Origin: Microcystis aeruginosa NIES-2549
GTDB lineage: Bacteria > Cyanobacteriota > Cyanobacteriia > Cyanobacteriales > Microcystaceae
Assembly (NCBI RefSeq): GCF_000981785.2
Contig: NZ_CP011304.1
Location: 1,800,001-1,832,000 of the forward strand
Direction: 5' to 3'
Length of the DNA: 32,000 nucleotides
Below are positions 27,155 through 32,000 of this stretch, piece by piece (within the stretch, counting starts at the first letter, position 1; each line of letters begins with the position of its first letter). The notes beneath the pieces were generated by a model, which saw only the letters and a program-made list of their open reading frames with translations, was not told where the DNA came from and did no database searches. The position numbers and the translations under genes were made by a program.

Positions 27155-27640
27155 ATGATCAAACGTTTGATTGTGGCAGCGATCGCTGTAGTCTTTTTTG
27201 TATTACAATTCAATCTTAACGGCGCTAGTGCCTTAGAACTCGATGAAGAAACCCTCACCATCACCCTCAATGATGCGGGGGGATCGGTGACTTTGACTTC
27301 TGAACAAGCGACGGAAGGACAGAAACTTTTTATCGCCAATTGTACTAAGTGCCACCTGCAAGGTAAAACCAAAACTAATAATAATGTCAGTTTGGGTCTG
27401 GCCGATCTGGCCAAAGCGGAACCCCCCAGAGATAATCTGTTAGCATTGATTGATTATCTAGAACATCCCACCAGTTACGATGGTGAAGATGATCTAAGCG
27501 AATTTCATCCCAATGTTAGCCGTCCCGATATCTTCCCAGAATTACGCAATCTGACCGAAGATGATGTGTATAACGTCGCCGCTTATCTGTTGGTTGCTCC
27601 CCGTCTAGACGAGCGCTGGGGTGGCACAATTTACTTCTAA
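27155..27640 (+). CDS. psbV: Cytochrome c-550 (PsbV), photosystem II extrinsic subunit
   Basis: Signal peptide, haem motif CTKCH, and the C-terminal region PNVSRPDIFPELRNLTEDDVYNVAAYLLV...WGGTIYF. Confidence 0.92.
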   Translation: MIKRLIVAAIAVVFFVLQFNLNGASALELDEETLTITLNDAGGSVTLTSEQATEGQKLFIANCTKCHLQGKTKTNNNVSLGLADLAKAEPPRDNLLALIDYLEHPTSYDGEDDLSEFHPNVSRPDIFPELRNLTEDDVYNVAAYLLVAPRLDERWGGTIYF

Positions 27641-27664
27641 ATTGCCCTCCATATATCCCTCTAT

Positions 27665-27690
27665 CCCTCTAGATTTCTAGGGGGATTTTT
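27665..27690 (+). terminator. Intrinsic terminator of psbV
   Basis: CCCTCTAG-attt-CTAGGGGG stem (one G-U pair) followed by ATTTTT. Confidence 0.65.
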
Positions 27691-27692
27691 GA

Positions 27693-28394
27693 TTAGACAG
27701 CAAATAGTTGTAAAAATTCTTTGAGTTCATTTAATACCTCATGCTCAAAGTTCCAAATATGACGTTTGTTTTTCATAACATAATCAAATCCATTCATACT
27801 GCATTTCCTGCCAGCTTGTTTTTTGTCTTCTGTGGAACAGGTATCAAATCGTAAATAGTTACTAATCCAAAACTTATCAAAATCTTTGTCTTTAATCGAT
27901 TTTTCTTGCTTGTTTAAACAATTTCTCCAGTCTTCTAAACAATCCGCATAGGTGGAATCTTGATTTTTAATCTTCTTGAGAACTGTTTCTAGTTCTCCTT
28001 GTCCTTCCACATTGGTAAAATAACAAGCAAATTCTGTGATTTGATCTTCTATTGTTGTCAATCTATAAAGCTGACTGGTTTCCCTAATATCTTCCGCTTC
28101 TGGATACACCTTTTTCAGACAATCATTAAGCCAATTTAGTCGCTCTGTCTTAGTATCAGAATCTTGATCGATAATAATACCAACTTTAGGGATAGCTTTT
28201 TTACCAAGAGTCGCCTTAATTTCATCGAAAGTGCTGGTTAATTTAGCTTTATCTAAACCCTGTAAACATTTATAGTCATCTTCCTCAAAGCAAATCGGTT
28301 TATCTAACTGAATTTTGTTAATATTTAAGTATTTTACTAGGGCTTCGATAAAAATTTTATCATTCTTGCTCTCGACGATTAATAAGTTACTCAC
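27693..28394 (-). CDS. TOPRIM-like small protein (DUF4435/DUF3226-like), partner of the upstream ATPase
   Basis: N-terminal LLIVESKNDKIFIEAL (conserved Glu) and VGIIIDQDSD (DxD-type acidic cluster). The start overlaps the ATPase stop by 8 nt. Confidence 0.6.
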   Translation of the reverse strand: MSNLLIVESKNDKIFIEALVKYLNINKIQLDKPICFEEDDYKCLQGLDKAKLTSTFDEIKATLGKKAIPKVGIIIDQDSDTKTERLNWLNDCLKKVYPEAEDIRETSQLYRLTTIEDQITEFACYFTNVEGQGELETVLKKIKNQDSTYADCLEDWRNCLNKQEKSIKDKDFDKFWISNYLRFDTCSTEDKKQAGRKCSMNGFDYVMKNKRHIWNFEHEVLNELKEFLQLFAV

Positions 28395-29481
28395 CTCTCA
28401 CCTCATTGCCATGTTTTAAGGCGTACTCTAAAGTGCTTAATTGTCTTTTAATACCAATAATTTTATCAGTTCTGGGACTCCTTGCTAGTTCAAAATAGGC
28501 CCCCTGTTCTGGATAATATTCTAACCCCACATCGGCAAAAGCTTGGATCATCTCTAAACTATGGGTTGTGGCAAAAATTTGGCTATCTAGTTCGATAGCT
28601 AATCGGAATAAAGTTTTCCAAATATCTGGGTAAGCAGTATAGTGAAGACCATTTTCTATTTCATCGATAAAAATAATTTTTTTAGGATTGATGAGTAGAG
28701 CAAAAATCATCTCTATCAGACGATTAATAGCTTCACCAAACAGAGATACGGGTAGGCGTTTTCTCTCTTTTCTTTTCAGATATAAATTTGGTTCACCCAG
28801 AAAAAAACTTTCTATTTTTTCAATGGACGGATCGAGAATTTGTAGAGCTTTTAGCACTTCTTCTTCCTGTTCATTAAAAACTATTTTAGTATAGGACTCG
28901 CTCAATTCTTCCAAAGATTTATTGACAGATGCGGCAATGATTACTGGTTCCTCATCACCCCCATTAGGTAAAGCTAGTATCTCCTTAGAACTAGCAATTA
29001 AAAAATAGTTCAGTTGCTCATCATTTGAGTCATGATCATGGTCAAAACTTGTGTGAATATTTAAGATAGAAATAACTGATTTATCTTTAGCGATAAAATC
29101 GTATAATTTTTGCCAGTCTTCAGAGATGCCTAGAACACTATCTTTAAGAGAACCAGAAATCGATATTTTTACCAATTTGTCTCCTTGGTTAGATTGGGAG
29201 CCTTTTAACTCAATAATATTTTTTCTATCAAGATTGAATAATAAATCATCCCAAGCATTTTTGGGAACAGCCCGAACAACTGCTAAAGATTGCCTACGAA
29301 TGATTCCTCTGATGTAGGGATGAATAGTATTTGGATAGGGATAACTATACAAAAATATTGCCTCTAACAGGGCAGTTTTCCCTGAATTGTTTTTACCACC
29401 AATTAAATTAACTCGCTCAAAACCTTCAATTTTGGTATGCTCAAAACATCTAAAATTACTAATTTCAATATCCTTAATCAT
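28387..29481 (-). CDS. ABC/SMC-type AAA ATPase (AAA_15/AAA_21-like)
   Basis: MIKDIEISNFRCF start; Walker A GGKNNSGKT; signature-like VSLFGEAINRL; Walker B IIFIDEIENGLH; H-loop ATTHS. I use the ATG at 29481 rather than 29535. Confidence 0.8.
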   Translation of the reverse strand: MIKDIEISNFRCFEHTKIEGFERVNLIGGKNNSGKTALLEAIFLYSYPYPNTIHPYIRGIIRRQSLAVVRAVPKNAWDDLLFNLDRKNIIELKGSQSNQGDKLVKISISGSLKDSVLGISEDWQKLYDFIAKDKSVISILNIHTSFDHDHDSNDEQLNYFLIASSKEILALPNGGDEEPVIIAASVNKSLEELSESYTKIVFNEQEEEVLKALQILDPSIEKIESFFLGEPNLYLKRKERKRLPVSLFGEAINRLIEMIFALLINPKKIIFIDEIENGLHYTAYPDIWKTLFRLAIELDSQIFATTHSLEMIQAFADVGLEYYPEQGAYFELARSPRTDKIIGIKRQLSTLEYALKHGNEVRGE

Positions 29482-29661
29482 GTTGACCTCTGGGCTGAAT
29501 AAGCATAAACTTAGGGTTAGGAATAAAGCTGGCAAGATAGGGATTTTTTTACTTAATTCTAGACGAGAATTGCCTCCAACTCTGAAAACGGTGACTATCC
29601 CCCACCGAAACTGCCGCCCTAAGAGATAATAGAAACAGGGATTTATTTACATTTCTTCATC

Positions 29662-31167
29662 ATGGCTAGAGACTTACGAGGATTTATTAAGCTTTTAGAA
29701 GAGCGTGGGCAATTACGCCGCATTAGTGCATCGGTCTCTGCCGATTTAGAAATTGCCGAGATCGCTAATCGGATGCTACAGGTAGGGGGACCGGCCCTAC
29801 TGTTTGAAAACGTGCAAGGGGCCGAGTTTCCCGTCGCTATTAACCTAATGGGAACCGTAGAACGCATCTGTTGGGCGATGAACCTGAATAAACCCGAAGA
29901 ATTGGAAGATTTAGGCAAAAAACTCGCCCTCTTGCAACAACCGAAACCGCCGAAAAAACTCTCCCAAGCGATCGATTTTGGTAAAGTGTTGTTTGATGTC
30001 CTGAAAGCCAAACCCAGCCGTAACTTTTTCCCCCCCTGTCAACAGGTGATTTTAGAAGGGGATGAAGTAGATTTAAAGAAAATTCCGATGATTCGCCCCT
30101 ATTCCGGCGATGCAGGTCAGATTATCACCCTAGGGCTAGTAATTACTAAAGATTGCGAAACGGGAACCCCTAACGTCGGTGTCTATCGCTTACAACTACA
30201 GTCTCACAATACCATGACCGTCCACTGGTTATCCGTGCGCGGTGGGGCGCGTCACCTGCGAAAAGCGGCACAGATGGGCAAAAAATTAGAAATAGCCATC
30301 GCTTTAGGGGTTGATCCTCTAATTATCATGGCCGCCGCCACTCCTATCCCCGTAGATCTCTCAGAATGGCTGTTTGCGGGATTGTACGGTGGTTCTGGGG
30401 TACAGTTAGCCAAGTGTAAAACCCTCGATTTAGAAGTGCCGGCCGACTCAGAAATCGTCCTCGAAGGAACAATTACTCCCGGAGAGGTATTGCCAGATGG
30501 ACCCTTTGGTGATCACATGGGTTACTATGGCGGTGTGGAAGATTCACCCCTGATTCATTTCCACTGTATGACCCATCGTCGCGACCCCATTTATTTAACC
30601 ACTTTTAGCGGTCGTCCTCCCAAGGAAGAGGCGATGATGGCTATCGCTCTTAATCGTATTTATACGCCGATTTTACGGCAACAGGTGTCGGAAATAAGAG
30701 ATTTTTTCCTGCCCATGGAAGCTTTAAGCTATAAAGCGGCGATTATCTCCATTGATAAAGCTTATCCCGGACAAGCGCGGCGAGCGGCCTTAGCTTTTTG
30801 GAGTGCCTTACCCCAGTTCACCTATACTAAATTTGTCATCGTCGTCGATAAGGAGATTAATATTCGCGACCCCCGGCAAGTGGTTTGGGCAATTAGTTCT
30901 AAAGTGGATCCAGTTCGCGATGTGTTTATTCTCCCAGAAACCCCCTTTGATAGCCTCGATTTTGCCAGCGAAAAGGTCGGTTTGGGGGGGAGAATGGGAA
31001 TTGATGCCACCACTAAAATGTATCCCGAAACGGACCACGAATGGGGGGAACCGTTGGAGTCGGATCCGGCCATGGCGGTCAAGGTTTCCCAACGCTGGTC
31101 AGAATACGGTTTAATCGATATTAATTTACAAGAAGTAGATGCCAATAAATTTGGCTACGAAATGTAG
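29662..31167 (+). CDS. ubiD: UbiD-family (prenylated-FMN-dependent) decarboxylase
   Basis: MARDLRGFIKLLEERGQLRRI..., the FGDHMGYY motif, and a length of 501 aa. Confidence 0.88.
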   Translation: MARDLRGFIKLLEERGQLRRISASVSADLEIAEIANRMLQVGGPALLFENVQGAEFPVAINLMGTVERICWAMNLNKPEELEDLGKKLALLQQPKPPKKLSQAIDFGKVLFDVLKAKPSRNFFPPCQQVILEGDEVDLKKIPMIRPYSGDAGQIITLGLVITKDCETGTPNVGVYRLQLQSHNTMTVHWLSVRGGARHLRKAAQMGKKLEIAIALGVDPLIIMAAATPIPVDLSEWLFAGLYGGSGVQLAKCKTLDLEVPADSEIVLEGTITPGEVLPDGPFGDHMGYYGGVEDSPLIHFHCMTHRRDPIYLTTFSGRPPKEEAMMAIALNRIYTPILRQQVSEIRDFFLPMEALSYKAAIISIDKAYPGQARRAALAFWSALPQFTYTKFVIVVDKEINIRDPRQVVWAISSKVDPVRDVFILPETPFDSLDFASEKVGLGGRMGIDATTKMYPETDHEWGEPLESDPAMAVKVSQRWSEYGLIDINLQEVDANKFGYEM

Positions 31168-31254
31168 ATTTATTCGACTAGGCTGTTAGCTAAGACGCAT
31201 TTTAAAAGATTTAGAACCTTGTCTTCTGACAAAAGATTCCTAAACTCCAAACAA

Positions 31255-31410
31255 AAATGATTCTACAGATAATGGTAAACCCAAACGTCAATGTAGAGAT
31301 TGTGGTGATCGGTGAGTGGGCAACCCTAACAATAAAATTATTTCGCCAGAGACTGAACCATAGACCTCTTGTAAAAATCAAAAATTGGCTCTTCTAGGTT
31401 CTGTGTGATC
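31255..31410 (+). pseudogene. Remnant of a transposase N-terminal zinc-ribbon region (IS1-like)
   Basis: The frame reads NDSTDNGKPKRQCRDCGDR*VGNPNNKIISPETEP*TSCKNQKLALLGSV*. This resembles NGK..GKQ.Y.C.DCGR.F..NP.NKIIS.E of IS1-type InsA-like regions, broken by stops. Confidence 0.4.
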
Positions 31411-31514
31411 AGTTTAACTTACTCTATGATCGATCGATCTTTGTGTCCTTTGTGTCTTTGTGGTTCGTTCCACCCACTCGCCAGCAGCACTGTGTCTTAG
31501 AATACATATCGTGC

Positions 31515-31544
31515 TTGACATAAATCCCGCAATAGTGCTACAAT
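31515..31544 (+). promoter_or_regulatory. Candidate sigma70-type promoter for rplJ
   Basis: TTGACA at 31515-31520 and TACAAT at 31539-31544 (18-nt spacer). Confidence 0.5.
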
Positions 31545-31550
31545 GAAAAG

Positions 31551-31757
31551 CTGGCTTAAGCCAAAGACAGCAGGTGCCAAACAGCTTAAATACCCTGCCG
31601 AGGTCAAAGCGAGAAAACAGCAGCCAAAAAGACCAAAGAGAGATTTTTTCTGTCTCGGTCGTGACTGAACTGATTCTCTCCACTCAACCCCGGCGCTACA
31701 AGGGGTTATTTTTGTGCCTGTGGAACCGGTCCCCCGCATACAGGAGGTGAACAAGGG
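31551..31757 (+). promoter_or_regulatory. Long 5' leader of rplJ with a terminator-like hairpin (candidate L10 autoregulatory leader)
   Basis: About 200 nt lie between the candidate promoter and the ATG. AACCCC-N10-GGGGTT plus TTTTT is at 31686-31713. AGGAGG lies 9 nt before the ATG. Confidence 0.4.
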
Positions 31758-32000
31758 ATGGGGAGAAGCAGAGAAAGCAAGGGAGTAATTCTAGAAGAAT
31801 TAAAAACCTCCCTTAGCGAAGCTCAATTAACGATGGTCATCGACTATCAAGGTTTAACCGTCGCCGAAATCAGCAATCTACGCCGCAAATTGCGCCCCAC
31901 GGGAACGATTTGTAAAGTCACCAAAAATACTTTGATGGGATTGGCGATCGCTGAAGATAGTGGCTGGGAACCGATGAAAAGCCTTTTATCGGGAACATCC
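31758..32000 (+). CDS. rplJ: 50S ribosomal protein L10, 3' end cut by the window edge
   Basis: Absent from the ORF track because no stop is reached. My translation is MGRSRESKGVILEELKTSLSEAQLTMVIDYQGLTVAEISNLRRKLRPTGTICKVTKNTLMGLAI.... AGGAGG is at 31743-31748. Confidence 0.85.
   Translation, partial: MGRSRESKGVILEELKTSLSEAQLTMVIDYQGLTVAEISNLRRKLRPTGTICKVTKNTLMGLAIAEDSGWEPMKSLLSGTS

Noticed and set aside
27109-27414. 101-aa minus-strand ORF overlapping psbV
   Set aside because: It is antisense to cytochrome c-550, whose haem motif and signal peptide are unambiguous.
29643-30011. 122-aa minus-strand ORF overlapping the ubiD 5' region, plus the ORFs at 30803-31145 on both strands
   Set aside because: All are antisense or out of frame relative to the UbiD-family gene, which has clear family motifs. 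No independent signals support them.
31414-31754. Two minus-strand ORFs (89 and 85 aa) upstream of rplJ
   Set aside because: They cover the rplJ promoter and leader and a CTTTGTGTC micro-repeat. Their Cys/Ser/Thr-rich, low-complexity translation has no start context.
1-32000. CRISPR arrays, rRNA and tRNA genes
   Set aside because: I found no regularly spaced 25-40 nt direct repeats with unique spacers; all tandem arrays have 7-14 nt units with no spacers. T-arm-like strings (near 14415 and 31466, for example) lack matching acceptor and anticodon stems. I could not run a covariance search, so small ncRNAs may have been missed.

Overview
This is a chromosomal segment of a unicellular cyanobacterium, probably Microcystis-like. 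Support: photosystem II genes psbK and psbV; 11 exact copies by my count of the HIP1 octamer GCGATCGC; and many heptamer micro-repeats (CAGTTAT, GGGGTGT). All protein calls come from motif recognition in the supplied translations, with no database search. Housekeeping genes present: uppP, a Prx5-Grx hybrid peroxiredoxin, dps, gatA, psbK, tgt, clpP, gmk, remA, psbV, ubiD-like and the 5' part of rplJ. Several accessory modules sit between them. (1) nt 1-5965 is a mosaic peptide-export and modification locus. It contains a 5'-truncated HlyD-type adaptor, a parvulin-type PPIase, a 61-aa double-glycine-leader peptide with a duplicated S-I-(T/S)-I-C-W core, and an operon of an APH-fold kinase plus a protein I read as HopA1-effector-like. 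That kinase/HopA1 pair performs Ser/Thr dehydration in class V lanthipeptides and thioamitides, so I propose a lanthipeptide-like RiPP system in a cyanobacterium as the top candidate. A conserved 14-19 nt motif lies upstream of both the peptide gene and the enzyme operon. (2) nt 27693-29481 is an AT-richer two-gene island between psbV and ubiD: an ABC/SMC-type ATPase translationally coupled to a small TOPRIM-like protein. It looks like a PARIS/OLD-like defence candidate. (3) A TnpB-only IS200/IS605-type element sits 57 nt upstream of clpP and carries an in-frame palindromic mini-insertion. The window also holds a multiply disrupted HEAT-repeat/DNA-methyltransferase gene with a C9 tract at its SPPY motif, a membrane pseudokinase, a canonical Ser/Thr kinase, transposase remnants, G-quadruplex-prone repeat arrays in divergent promoter regions, and an rplJ leader with an attenuator-like hairpin.
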